NCBI RefSeq assembly: GCF_032062105.1
Contig: NW_026939106.1
Location: 434,001-498,000 of the forward strand
Origin: Saccostrea cucullata
Taxonomy: Eukaryota
Direction of reading: 5' to 3'
Length of the DNA: 64,000 nt
How positions within the stretch are numbered: the stretch's first letter is position 1; every line of letters starts with the position of its first letter. This document shows, piece by piece, positions 1 through 15,000 of the stretch. Both the position numbers and the translations under genes were made by a program. Below the pieces are notes generated by a model, which did not search any database, had not been told where the DNA came from, and was given only the letters and a program-made list of their open reading frames with translations.

Positions 1-91
1 ACAAATATTGATGCTCATATTGACAGACTTGCATGGTTTTATCATTTTTAGGTGACTTACGTAGAAATGGTAAATGTATATATTTTTGCAG

Positions 92-3000
92 GTTTGTTAA
101 TGCCTTGACATACAATGGTATATTTCTGACGTCTGGTACCATGACCGGAAATAGATTCCTGAACTTTTTTATAAATGGCATAATAGAGATACCAAGCTTG
201 TTTGTTTGTATGTTCATGGCCAACAGGTAAGAGTAATGAAAGTGCTTTCTATTATACTTTTTTGTGTGAGTTGTAATTAGCAAAACTTTATTTTTGTACA
301 TTACAGGACAAGATATTTTTTTCCTATTTAGTCCTTTTATCTCGTCAACAAATATGTTGAAATTATCTTTTCAAAAAAGGATTTCCCAAACTACTTATAC
401 CTACCTAATAATTTTACCCAAAGTCGAAAGAGGGCTACAAATATTTACACTAGATGCTGTCAGAAGACAGTAATACCCGCATTAAGGTGTTTGCCTCTAA
501 ATACACACTCCTACATATTGGGCGGTTTTCCAAGGAAAAAGTCAAAATAATTCTATAATTTACACAGAACATGTACATGTATTCGTCAAATTGAGTATGA
601 AATTCTCAGTCCTGTGACCATGTGACCTATGACTCAGAACCTCTTAAAAATATGTATTTTACATGCTTAATTTATTATCAGTTTGAATTTAATTAATGAT
701 GTAAATTAGATTTTGATAAATGTTTTGCTCATAATAAGACCTTTTTAAATTTACTAAACCCCCCCCCCCTCGACACCACAAACACACGGCACGTACGTTT
801 TTTTTTTTTTTTGGAATAGGCTAGATGGAAAAGTTTTGTTAAAACATCGTTTGTTATGAATTAATTTAAAATTTGTTCTTGTACTACATGTATACATGTT
901 TACATGTACATGTAAACAACACCTTTTGGAAAATTTCTACATCACATTGGGTTGCTTCACCCATTATCATATTTTTAGATTAAGCAGCACTCGGACCACC
1001 TTGGCCGATTCCTACTTCATCTGATAAAGCGACGGAATCGACCAAGGTTTGCCGAATGGGATAGCATTAGCACATGCTGCAGTCTGGTGTGCATTGGATT
1101 AATTAATTTTGTGTTATAATTGGATTATATTTCATGAAGTTGACAGGACCTATGACAGTCGGAAAGTACAAGTTTAAGTATAGTGGGGTAAAATAAACCA
1201 AAATGCAAATGATTAGGTTAAAGTTCAAAAGGGTCAAAGATCATCGCATGCCACTGAAGACGAATTTCATATTGTGAAGTTATCTCCCGTTGTAGATGTA
1301 ACATTCAGTTACTGCCAATACGGGTGCAGATCCAGAATTTTTTTTTCGGGAAAGGGAGGGGGTTTACATCTCAGTCAAATAATTCCAGCCCAGAATTTCC
1401 TGACAAGCAGGAGAAAAAAATGAAAACAAATAAACAATATAAAAACAATGATAATGGGGTCGTGGGGTCAATGTTTTCTAAGTAAGGGGGGGGATGCCCA
1501 AAGTCATTTTTTATTTGCTTCAGTATATAGTCATTTAAATACTCAGTAACAAAGCAAATTCCAAGGGGGGGGGGGGGGGGATCCAATCTTCCTAGCCACC
1601 CCTTGTCCCTGAAATAACAATCAATCTTGTGACTCCAAAATAGTAGATTTTTTCCCATTTGACTAACTATACATATTTTGTTTCTTGTGTTTATATTATG
1701 TCTGTCTGTCTATTTGTCTGCAGAAATGTTAACCTTGCCCATAAATTTTAAGTGGGATAGGCTATACACATGGCTTCCACATTTCATAGGTTAATTCCTT
1801 GTGACAAGACTTTTTATTTGGGTACCATGAATTTTGACCTCTTGATCGCTTGACCTTGGATTTTTACACGTTTTTACAAGAAAAATACCAAACTTTAAAC
1901 TTGGCCTAAATTTTGATCAGTAGGTGCTAGGACTTTCATGCTTTACACGTGTATTCATTGTGAACTTTCAACAGGTATAAATATGTTTGACCTTGACCCT
2001 AGAGTTTGAACCACTTTTTAAAAATAATTAAACCTTGGCAATTAACTTTTGAACAGGAAGTACTAGGGATTACTTATTTCACATGTGTATTCCTTGTGAC
2101 AAGACTTTCTTCTGATACCAACAATTTGAACCCTTTGACCTTGACCTTTGAGTTTGACATATATTTGAGAAACTTCAACCTTCACCATAGGCTTCCATAC
2201 GGGGGCATCAGTGTTTCACAAACACATCTTGTCTTCATTATTATTTGGTGGTGTCTCTATATGAGGGAAAAATTCCCAAGAGAGATGTTTTCACAACAAA
2301 CAAACAAATTACTAAAGAAAATATAAAACATGAATATGTTGGTCATATGTCTGCATGAAAAAAAAAACAGCTTTTCAAATACTGTAACCATTGTAACTCT
2401 TTCAAAACACTCATTTGAGCTTTTCTGGTTTCCTTATCATATAACGCCTGTCGTCCATCTGTTTGTCTGAAAACTTTTTACATTTATAACTTCTGTAAAA
2501 CCACTGGGACAATTTTACCCAATTCACATAGAAATATGTACATTTGTATGTCAGTATGTCCATCTGTCTCAATAAATTTAACCTTGGTCATCACGGTCAT
2601 ATCTATTGAATGAGAAGAGACAAGGCATTCATATTAAACATATGTATATGTATTTACCTGTGAGAATGGCATGATTTTTTATATGTGACCTAGAAGTTTG
2701 ACCTACTTGCAAAAAAATTACATGGTTTTAAATTCAACATTTTGAAAGAGAAAAGTTAGGGCATTCATATTATACATGCATGTATATTATTACCTGTGAT
2801 AAGACCTTTCCAAATAAATCATGACTTTTGACTCTGTGACCTTGACCTTGAAGCCTTACCTACTTTTCAAAAATGTTGCATTTGCTTATAACTTTTGATT
2901 GAGAAGAGATATGACTTTCAAATTTGACATGTGTATTAATTACTCATAAGTCTTAGAATTCTAGATGTTTCCCAGCATGCAAATTGAATGCTTTTTACCC

Positions 3001-6000
3001 CTTGACGTTGATGTTTTACCTAATTTTCAAAATAATTAACTCTCCTAAAAGATGATTAGGCTTCTGAGTAAAATTAAGGAGGAGTTCAGGGAAGATAGGG
3101 CTTTTTGCATAAAAAATATCATTTTTCGACCCCCATTCGACCCTCCGGGGCAAAATCAAAATTCCAAAACCTTCCTGCCCATCTACATGACACCATCAAC
3201 CATCTCCCTAAAGGTGATTAGGCTACTGTGTAAAATGTAGGAGGAGTTCAGGGAAGACAGGGCTTTTTGCATAAAAACATTTTTCGACCCCCATTTGACC
3301 CCCCGGGGCAAAATCAAAATTCCAAAACCTTACTGCACATCTACATGAAACCACCAACCGTCTCCCAAAAGGTGATTGGGCTACTGTATAAAATGAAGGA
3401 GGAGTTCAGGGAAGACGGAGCTTTTTGCTTAAAAAACGTCATTTTTCGACCCCATTTGACCCCCGGGCCAAAATCAAAATTCCAAAACCTTACTGCACAT
3501 CTACATGACACCACCAACCATCTCCCAAAAGATGATTAGGCTACTGTGTAAAATGTAGGAGTTCAGGGAAGACGGGGCTTTTTGCATAAAAAACGTCATT
3601 TTTCGACCCTCTTTGATCCCCCCGGGGCAAAATCAAAATTCCGAAACCTTACTGCACATCTACATGACACCACCAACCATCTCCCAAAAGATGATTAGGC
3701 TACTGTGTAAAATGTACGAGGAGTTCAGGGAAGACGGGGCTTTTTGCATAAAAAATATCATTTTTCGACCCCCATTTGACCCCCCGGGGCAAAATCAAAA
3801 TTCCAAAACCTTACTGCACATCTACATGACACCACCAACCATCTCCCAAAAGATTATTAGGCTACTGTGTAAAATGTAGGAGTTCAGGGAAGAAAAGTGT
3901 GACAGACGGACGGACGGACATGAGTAACAACAATATACCCGAACTTTCTTTAGGTTTAATTAGAAGTTGTTTATGTTTAGGTATGGTCGAAAGAAAACGT
4001 GTATTGTGTTCCACGCCATTGCAGGAATCTCCCTTGTCCTATCCGCCATATTGTTGATATTGAAAGGTACTAGTATTCATTGCTGAAAATTCAACTGCAT
4101 CTTTATAAAAATGTAAACATTAATATTTTTCAAAATTATGGCTAGTGCAGCGAAGCTCGCGAGGCGAGCTCAATAGACTAACTTGTAAGAGCAGAGGAAA
4201 TTCGGAATGAAGTCTGTAAAAACGCCAAGCAAATTTTTTGTGTGAAACCTTCCCAGAATCCCTTTGCTACCAGGATTCCATGCGATAATGGCGAGTAAAT
4301 AACATAAAACATAAAAGGCTTTTGGGTTTTGTAGATTGAAATCTTAAAAGAAAGAAGAAAATACTCTACAATTACTTTTTCAAAAAATTCATTACAAGTT
4401 TCAACCACCTAGACTTTTTCAAAATGATGTCACAGCTAGTTGAGATGTCTCGTGCGACTTGATGTTTGAAATGGCTGATCAAAAATGTTTCAAATGTGTT
4501 GTTAGACCTGTCTGACATTTATAAAATGTACATTATAATACTCAACAAAGAAAGTTAAGGGTTTCTTCGTAAGCTTCGACGTGTTCCATGACGTCACAGC
4601 TAGTTGAGATGCCTCGTGCGACTTCATATTTGAAATGGCTGATCAAAAATGTTTCAAATGTGTTGTTGAGACAACTGTCTGACATTTATAAAATGTACAT
4701 TATAATACTCAACAAAGAAAGTTAAGGGTTTCTCCGTAAGCTTCGACGTGTTCCATGACGTCACAGCTAGTTGAGATGTCTCGTGCGACTTGATGTTTGA
4801 AATGGCTGATCAAAAATGTTTCAAATGTGTTGTTGAGACAAATGTCTGACATTTATAAAATGTGCATTATAATACTCAACAAAAAAAGTTAAGGGTTAAG
4901 TATAATATACCCCGGTAGTTAATTTGAGGAAATTTCAATTCTGAAATTTATTATGAATTGATGTGAATGTTTATCCATAACTACATGTGTTGTTTGCTAC
5001 ACTTCACTACTTTATCAGTCCACGTGTTCGAAGCCAAACGAAAAGTATCAACCCTAGTCAGCATTGCAGAGTAGAACTGGTAAGCATGTCTTTATGAAAT
5101 ACATGTACTGCCAATATTTCATGCTGACAATAAATAAGGACAATTTAACATCTTTTATACACAAATGAATTACAGGTGACACCTCAAAGAAGACGTTTGA
5201 CTGTACAGGAAGCCGGTAGGGCCATAGGGATGCTACAAACTGGAATGTCACAGGCTGCAGTGGTCGGATGTGGCAGAGATATCAGATTACAGGATCAGTC
5301 CAGGAAAGGCCTCGAAGTGGAAGACCACGATGTACGACGGCCCGACAGGACCGCCAACTTGTACTGCAGGCAAAGCGAAACCGATTTAACTCGGTTGTTG
5401 CTTTGAAAAGGGACTTTCACAACACACATGGAATAAACATCTCTACTTAAACATGCAGGAATAGGCTTCGTGAAGCTAATCTAAAAGCAAGACGACCTAC
5501 CACACGCCCAATTTTGACTGCAGATCACAGAGTAAGGAGACTGGAGTTTGAAAGAGACCATGCAAATTGGCAAATCCGCTACTTGAGATCGGTACTCTTT
5601 ACAGATGAATCTAAATTTTGTGCAGATCATAAATGATGGAAGGCGACGGGTGTGGAGAAAGAAGAATGAGCGTTTGAGTGACTGCTGTGTGGCTGAACAT
5701 GATCGCTTTGGTGGAGGTTCTGTTATGGTGTGGGGAGGCATTTCTATTCAGGGGTCCACGGAGTTGTACATCATCAGAAATGGAGCATTGACCGGTGTCA
5801 GATACAGAGATGAGATCCTTCAGCCAATTGTTAAAACATTTGCCGGGGCAATAGGAAGGGAATTCATTTTGATGGATGATAACGCCAGGCCACACAGAGC
5901 AAACATCGTAAACCAGTACCTTGAGGCAGAGACTATCGAGAGAATGGAGTGGCCTTCGAAGTCAGCAGACCTCTACCCTATTGAACATGTCTGAGATGTT

Positions 6001-9000
6001 CTTCAGAGGCAAATTCAGCAGCGGGACCCTGCCCCATGCAACACCAATGAACTTGAAGCTGCTCTGTTAGAGGAATGGGATCGGATACCTCAAAGGACCA
6101 CTCATTCGAAGTTTCCCCAGGCGTCGCAGGGCTGTTATTCAGGCAAGGGGAGGCCACACCAAGTATTGAGAGTTGTCAGGATAATTGTCAGTCTTTAATT
6201 AAACAAATTATGCAATTACTGTATATGAAAATTCACATTAAAACCCAGAAGTCTCTGTCGAGATTGAAGCTCTACTGGTACTTATAGTCAAGGAAGAGAA
6301 AAGTACTTAAGCAGTTGGGAATTAGAGCTTTACAACAGCAATAAACAGAATAATTATCCTTGATTAAGTCTCTTTATGATCTTAGTGTAGTCTATTTGTA
6401 TGCCACATTATAATATAATCAGACAAAAACTGTATTTGGAGTAGCATGTTGAGCGAATTTCACAGAAATTTCTATTTTTAGTAACCAAGGCAATAATGTT
6501 CTTCGAAGTCGAAAAACGATATATATATAGAATTATGTATCTTAGTGTTGTCTACTTGTGTGCCTAGTTATATTGAAATCAGACCAAAACTGTAGGAGGC
6601 GTAGCAGTTTGAAAGAATTTCAAAAAAAAAATCTATTTTGAGTAACCACGGCAACAACGTTCATCGAAATCATAAACCGATACACAGAATTATGTATCTT
6701 AGTGTAGTCTACTTGTGTGCCAAGTTATACTGAAATCAGACTAAAACTGTAGGAAGAGTAGCATTTTTAAAAGAATTTCACAGAAATTTCTATTTTTAGT
6801 AACCACGGCAACACCGTTCATTGAAATCAAAAACCGATATATAGAATTATGTATCTTAGTGTAGTCTACTTGTGTGCCAAGTTATATTGAAATCAGACGA
6901 AAACTGTAGGAGGAGTAGCATTTTGAAAAATTGTTTACTGACAGACAGACGGACGGACGCCGGGCGCATTACTATCGCATAAGCTCTTCTGGTCTCTGAC
7001 CAGTAGAGCTAATAAGGGTATCCATAATTGTTAATCTTGTTCTTCTGTCCAAGTGAACATTTACCATTACTTTTTTGTCAAATGTGTTATAACTTTACAG
7101 AGGAAATTATGTAATTTATTTTGATTAATTATACTTTTTCGACCTAGAAATTATAACCCTTTCATAACCCTTAACTTTTTTTGTTGAGTATATTATATAA
7201 ACTTCTTCCATGTGTGCAAAATAGATATTTTCTGATCAACTTTGCGTATCATCAGTTTGCACGGAGTTGGGGGGAATAAAGTATTTTTTTTTAGATTGTG
7301 TACGTGTCAATCGCATCATCTCGGGTCTTTCCGTCAGTGGTCGGAAAAACAACCTCGAATGTATTAACATCGCCGGATGTTAAAAATTTATACATTTCCT
7401 GTTTAGTCAAATGTAGGACAGACGGAGTTAGAAGTCTCTTCTATAGTATATTTTAGGTAATATCAAATGAATAAAGTTAAACTCCATATTCCACAGATAA
7501 AAGGTCTCCATGCATTTATTTCAAAGATCGTGAAAAAGGAGGGTTGTAATGGCGTCTACCACATACATTCGAGGTCGTTTTTCCGCTAGTCGGAAAGGCC
7601 CGAGAAGTTGCGATTGTGTACGTGTTTGTCCTTGAGCGGAAGTGACGTAACGACATGAAGCGACATTAATGTCTCGTTTTCACCCATAAAAATATATAAT
7701 TACATGTACTAGGAATCGATATTCAAAGAAAGTATATTACTAAGAATCGATATACAGCAAAAGTCGAGTATATATTCAACCATACGCTAAAGACTGATGT
7801 AATTGCAGTGATAACATTGATCTGCTTTACCTATTCATTTGTTTTAAAAGATTTTCATCTATAGTGTAGTATATTAACCGATATGAACTTAAATGATGTA
7901 CATCTTTAACTACACATTAAAATTCTTACAAAATAGTTTCCCAGTTACCAGGTAAATACTTTGATGCCCCCGTAATCGAAGAACTTGGGGGTATGTAGTT
8001 GTTGCCCTGTCCGTCTGCCTGTTTTTGTCCGAAAAAAGATTTAACCTTGCGCATAACTTTTGAGTGGATGGAGCTATGGTTTTCAAATTTTAGGTGTATT
8101 ACTTAATTTAGACTTGACCTTTCTTTGGGTACCACCAAGTTCGACCTCTCCACCTTGGAGCATAACACACTTCTACAAGAAATTAGCAATCTTTAACCTT
8201 GGCCATTGCTTTTGAATAGTTAGGCCCAAAATAAAATATTGTTTGTTTGCAGTTGCTTACCGACCCACTGAAAATGTTCCTGTCCCAAACTTTTTTCCAG
8301 CCACTTTGTAATATTAAATTTTTTCCCAATTTTTCAGGATATTGAAACTGTTTCATTTTCAATTTTTGTCTTTATCAATCCAGTATTTTATACCAAGAGT
8401 GGAGCATATTCGTGTATGGAAAAACTCTCTTTTATGTTATCTACCAAAAATCTGAAAACAATTTTTTTTTTCACCAAAAAAAAAAAAAAATTTTATTGCG
8501 TTTAATCGCAATAATTATTGCGTTTAAACGCAAAACATTGCGTTTAATCGCAATAATTATTGCGATTAAACAATGGCAACAAATTGCAATATTTTGCGTT
8601 TAAACGCAATAATTATTGCGATTAAACGCAATAATATTTTTGCGTTTAATCGCAATAATTATTCGTTTAATCGCAATATTTTTGTGCATTTAAACGCCAT
8701 AATCTTTGGTTTTAAAAGCAATCATTTCTATTGATCTTTGAAGAGTGTAATGGATCCTGGCTGATATGTAGTAACCTATGAGGAGAATGGTGTATTGTTA
8801 AGCTTTATAGATTCAGATTCTTCTGAACAAGCATTTTCTGAATGGTTAAATCAGTGGTATAGATTTAAGGAGAAAGAAGTGTCGGTCTGTAGAAACAAAG
8901 ACAACCTAAGTAAGATTGATTGATTGTATATTGTTTAACGTCCGTCTCGAGAATTTTTCACTCATATGGACATGTGGAGACGTCACCGTTTGCCGGTGAA

Positions 9001-12000
9001 GGGCTTCAAATTTAGACCTATACTCGGCACTCAGGGCCATTAAGCAGTAAGGGTTCTTTATCGTGCCAGTGCCTACCGTGACACGGGACCTTGCTCAATT
9101 GCTTACAAACACAAATGACATTTCTTATATTATTTTCTCTACGTTTAGTTTTTAAAACTATATAAACAATTTTTAAGGATTTTCGAAATAAAAGACCGGA
9201 AAATTAATAATGATTGAAAACTATCACTCCACGTTGCGGCCACAAAGTTTAAACCCTATACCTGTATAAAGGGCTTAAGGAAACAATTGATAAAATATTT
9301 AGACTTATGATGTATATGTACATGTACATGTTATGTATATGTATATTCACATCCTTTCCTTTGATCACATACAGTAAACACGAGAACACGAGAATTAATT
9401 AGCTGTGGTACCTAAGGAATTGATTAATGGCTGCGTTAAAAGCGCTGGGCTCTAATAGCTTTATGAAACTTGGTTGTTAGGATGCCATTGTTAAACTTAA
9501 AATCTCACAAACTGCAACATTTTCAAAAAGACACAAAACCAAACGGCTCTTCTTTAAAGAATCGGGCCATAGTATTTATCTTAATCTTGCATTTAAATAT
9601 AAACTAGATGCTGTCATGAGACTGTAATACCCGCAATAAGGCGTTTGCCTCTAAATACACACTCCTATATATTGGGCTTTCCAAGGAAAAAGTCAAAATA
9701 ATTCTATAATTTACACAGAACATGTATTCTTCAAATTGAGTATGAAAATCCCAGACCCTGTGACCCATGTGACCTATGACTCAGAACCTCTTATATGTAT
9801 TTTATATGCTTAATTCATTACCAGTCTGAAAAAACAGAATTTAGTTAATGATGTAAATTAGATTTTGATAAATGTTTTGCTCATAATAGGAGTCCCCCCG
9901 ACACCACAAACACACGACTCGTACGTTTTTTTTTTTTTTGAAATAGGCTAGATGGAAAAGTATATAGTTTTACCGTTCAGGGGCGTAGCCAGGGTACATT
10001 TGATGTGGACTCCTGGATAGGCTGGGGGTTTGGGGGTCGCCTTAAGGCCCCCAATGGGGGTGGTGAATTTTCGACGATTTCGATGTTCATGTTTGACCCT
10101 TCTGAAAATATTTTCTTACCCTTTTTCTGTTTGTTATGCAGCCACATTTAAGGTCTGTTCTTTCCTTGTATAAAAAGCGGATAGTCACTTAAAAATGAGA
10201 AAAGATCTGTCCAAAAGCGAACCCACTAAAATACGTATGGTAACATACGGTAGTTGGTTAAAGTGGTTGATTGGTTTAGACAGACCACGTAATTGACTGA
10301 TAGTCAGGCTTACATTAATATTAAAAATACATCTCTAAAGATTGAAAATAACAAAGACAGAAGAATTCTTTTCAACACATTTTCTTGCACATTACCTATG
10401 TATACATTGTATACATTTTAAGATGAATGTTCATAAATATTTAAAAATCTGGTATCTTAAACTTTTTGCAACAATTATAAAAACATGTAAAATATACTAC
10501 TGGTTTTAAGAAAGTGTTACGGATGCCTTATCAGGGGTGGATCCAGGAATTGAAGTTAGGGGGGTGCAAGATTTAGGCAGGGGGACTGGGGGCCGCCTTG
10601 AGGCCTGGTGGGGCCCAGGGGGCGAAGCCCCGGAAGCTCATGGATTCTAGAGGTTTTGTAGGGTAAAAATGAGGTCTACCAAGTACTGCGAGTAGACGTT
10701 TTAAACATTAATTTTCTCGACAAAACTATGTTTATGCTAACTTTGACAATTTTAGGGGTGCGCCCCCCTTAAATCCGCCACTGCTTATTATTATTTTTTT
10801 AAAGGTTAAACTGAATTTTACCAATTTTTCGATTTTTGATGTTCATATATAAAGATGAATAATGATTTTTGAAGTCTCCCATGAATCCGATATTACTGAG
10901 GTTAAAATTGGGAGGGGGGGGGGGTTATCGTTACAGAAGTTAAGCATTGCGGTTGGAAGGTAATTTCCATGAAGAGAAATTGAAATTATTGGCATTAAAT
11001 AAAATTATCGTTTCTTTTAAGGGAACCGACTGGGGTTTTATTGTGTGACATCTACAATAGAGAAACTCTTTAAGAATGTAATAATTTATTACACTTGAAA
11101 AAAAAATCAGCAATATTCGATAGTTAATCAAAATCTGGGAAAATCTTTTGATTTCAGGTAGGTGTATAATATCGTATTTTCCACCAAAACTGATTCTGTT
11201 GATTTTGATTTTCATTTATTTTTTTTTTATCGTTAATTCTAAATTGTCTCTAAGTTTTTTTTTTATTTTTAAAATTATTTACTAATATTTTGAAAAAAAA
11301 TGTGAGTACGCTTTCCAATATGTCGCCTGTCTCGTTCTCTTCTCCTTTCTTTTTTTTCTTTCTTTCCTGGTTCATACTTCATGTAAGAAGTCACGAAATG
11401 AGATGAAATGGGTTGGTGGGTGGGGCAATTGTCCAAGACAGTGCTTCTGGTAGAGTCAGCGGCATTTAGCGGCATTTCTCCAAGACAGACCTTCTGGTAG
11501 AGTCAGCGGCATTTGTCCAATACAGACCTTCTGTTAGAGTCAGCGGCATTTAGCGGCATTTGTCCAAGACAGACCTTCTGGTAGATCAGCGGCATTTAGC
11601 GGCATTTGTCCAAGACAGACCTTCTGGTAGAGTCAGCGGCATTTAGCGGCATTTGTCCAATACAGACCTTCTGGTAGAGTCAGCGGCATTTAGCGGCATT
11701 TGTCCAAGACAGTGCTTCTGGTAGAGTCAGCGGCATTTGTCCAAGACAGACCCTCTGGTAGAGTCAGCGGCATTTAGCGGCATTTGTCCAAGACAGACCC
11801 TCTGGTAGAGTCAGCGGCATTTAGCGGCATTTGTCCAACACAGACCCTCTGGTAGAGTCAGCGGCATTTAGCGGAATTTGTCCAAGACAGACCCTCTGGT
11901 AGAGTCAGCGGCATTTAGCGGCATTTGTCCAAGACAGACCCTCTGGTAGAGTCAGCGGCATTTAGCGGCATTTGTCCAAGACACACCCTCTGGTAGATTC

Positions 12001-15000
12001 AGCGGCATTTAGCGGCATTTGTCCAAGACACACCCTCTGGTAGATTCAGCGGCATTTAGCGGCATTTGTCCAACACAGACCCTCTGGTAGAGTCAGCGGC
12101 ATTTGTCCAACACAGACCCTCTGGTAGAGTCAGCGGCATTTAGCGGCATTTGTCCAATACAGACCCTCTGGTAGAGTCAGCGGCATTTAGCGGCATTTGT
12201 CCAAGACAGACCCTCTGGTAGAGTCAGCGGTATTTGTCCAAGACAGACCCTCTGGTAGAGTCAGCTGCATTTAGCGGCATTTGTCCAAGACAGACCCTCT
12301 GGTAGAGTCAGCGGCATTTAGCGGCATTTGTCCAAGACAGACCTTCTGTTCTTTTTCCATGGATTTACTGATATACAGTAATTAATGGAGAGATGGTTTA
12401 CAATTTTATGTATGAAAGATACTTAAATAGTATAATAATATTTGCTTTTCCTTAATGACAGGGACTTTCTCAATTAGTAATATGTATATATATATTTTTT
12501 CATTTGATTTGGTGGTATTTCCAGTATTATTAAAGAAATATTACCCCAGTAATTAAATATCAGTTTAAATTGTACAAAGAGCTCTTTGTACTTTGGTAGT
12601 ATATTTGAAATAATTCAATTAACAGCTTTATCTTGGTCAACACTAGCCATAAGTATCATGCTAATTATCAATTTGCAGTTAATGATATCTTGCAGTCAGA
12701 TACAGACAAAATTACCACCATTATAACAAAACAGAAGATGATTAGGGAAAAGGTGTCAAACATCTGGCTTCATGCATTTGATATTGCTCGATTATCTGAT
12801 TATTACTTATAAATTAAAAGTACAACATGTATAACATATTAATTATTAAGTTATATTTATGAAAATATGTCAAATAAAATACAAATGTACTAAATAAAGA
12901 AAATAGTGTAATTACTCCATAAATTACAGTAACAGAAGAAGCTTTACTTTGAGAATGCTTCAATATTATCTCATTATAAGTAGGTGTGTCTTAATTTATT
13001 CAACAAATAAACTCTCTGAACAATAAATAAAATCTACAAAACTATTGGTCAATCAGTGTAATTTTATCTACAACAATACCCAAATAAAAGTCGTGATAAA
13101 GGTTCAATTATCTCTTACTTCACATCATCGCCAATCTTCTTCAACCAATGACCCTTGTTTAAAATTTCTACGTATTACAGCAATTACTGTCTTTTCAGTC
13201 AACACTATCATGTACAACTGTCAACTTTGCAGGATTTAAAACGAAAGTAGAATGGTAGATGAATACCGATCTCGATGAGAATTAAGACAAAGAAAAAAAT
13301 CGAGGCAGGGTATAAATTCTAGGTGGGCAGGGATGAGAATCTAGAAATATATTTATTATGGCCAATATTCAGTAAAAGATATAAAATTCAGATAGGTTAA
13401 AATTCTGTAATCATGCAGTTTATTCCGTAAAAGATATAAAATGCAGCTTATTCCGTAAAAAAAGATAAGTATGCAGCTAATAGTCCGTTTTCCAATACCC
13501 AACTCCGGCGTTGGTTTCCTCTTTTACATTACCCGCGATCACGTGACACCAGACATTCCTTCGTTGTTTACAAATGGCGAGTAGTTGCTTCGCTTTGTTG
13601 AAGGTAACTGATTTGCAGAAATATTTATCAGATCGTGGCATTACTGCTACAAATTTACGGAGGAATAATCTTATTGAACTTTGTGAAGCTGTTAAGTCAC
13701 TCGATTTATCAATTGATCCTGATTTTACATGCAATACTACACTTGATCTAAAGAAAAAGTTGGTACAACTACCCATTTCAGATCCATTCCTTGACAACGA
13801 CTTCACGCCCGATTTCTCAGAGATTCCATCCAATTTCACTTTATATGACATATTTAATTATCTTTTACACAAAACATCAGACTATGATAAAAAGAAGTTA
13901 AGAGCCTACAAATCGTGTGAGGATTATAGATTATTTATAGACGGCCACGTAGAGAGTCTGACATTCAACAAGTGTGGAGATGCTGAGGTCTGTTTGTTTC
14001 GAGCGAAAGTTAAACCTACTCAAAAAGAGACTACATATATGAGTACAAAGTTTTACCAACTATGGTTCTCTATCAAGAAAGCAACTGGAGAAGTCGCTTC
14101 AGCCTACTGTACATGTATTGGGGGGTTAGTATGTTTTAAAGAATGTGTATTTAAGCTTGTTAAGTAAGTCAGCTGATTGCATATTGTTACATTTGAAATA
14201 AGTAATTTCAGTTCAAAAAGGAATATGTGATGAATGTTCTTTTTATGATTTTAGAATGGATGGTGCTTGCAGACATGTTTCTGCTGCTCTGTATGAGCTT
14301 GAAGACTTTGAAATGAAGTCGGTGACAGATGGGGAAAACAAATGGATGAAAAGACCCAGAAGCCACGACTGTCCAGTGCCTGTTAAAAGGCTAAGGATTG
14401 TAAAAGCAAAGTAAATATTAATACAAGTTGTTTTTGTTTTAAAAAATTCATTACATGTTCTTGTTTTTATTTTTCATTTCTATTTTACTTTTTTGTTTAT
14501 ATTTTCTCTTTGTAGTTGAGGTTTAATTTTGAATAATTCAAGAGTGTTGACTGTTACCTGTGTTGTTGAAACTGAGAAGTCAGTGAGCCGTTGCTCACTA
14601 GTAAGTAAATCTAAATTAAACATGCATTTCTTATGTTTTTCTATGTATTTATTATAATATTTATAGAACACAAGGGTAGTTTGAAATCTGACTCAAGTAA
14701 TATTTTGCTTTGTGAAAAATCTTTCATGATTTTCTTTCATTTAACAGATTTTCCGTTTTGAACGAAGAGAAAGAAAATTTGCTGGATCTGTATGATCCTA
14801 GATCAACTGAAGATCGCAACAAGGAGATCAACATAGCTAATTTTGCCAAGAATTTAACACAGGTATTATTACATCAATTATGAATGAGTTGTTAAAACAT
14901 TTTTATGTATGATATTGTACATTTTATCATTCACTAAGGAATCTGTTGTATTTAGTTGCAAGCAGATACACAGGCACTAGACATTTTAGAGGATGGCAGT

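Larger units (their letters stand above)
4873..7190 (+). mobile_element. Tc1/mariner (DD34E) DNA transposon, defective, interrupted by a Helentron
   Basis: Perfect 25-bp inverted termini: TACTCAACAAAAAAAGTTAAGGGTT (4873-4897) and AACCCTTAACTTTTTTTGTTGAGTA (7166-7190). The outer TA is probably the TSD. A transposase remnant lies inside. Confidence 0.9.

Noticed and set aside
3052-3879. Repetitive ORFs (FRPPFDPPGQNQNSK..)
   Set aside because: These are translations of the ~160-bp Helentron repeat, with frames changing between units.
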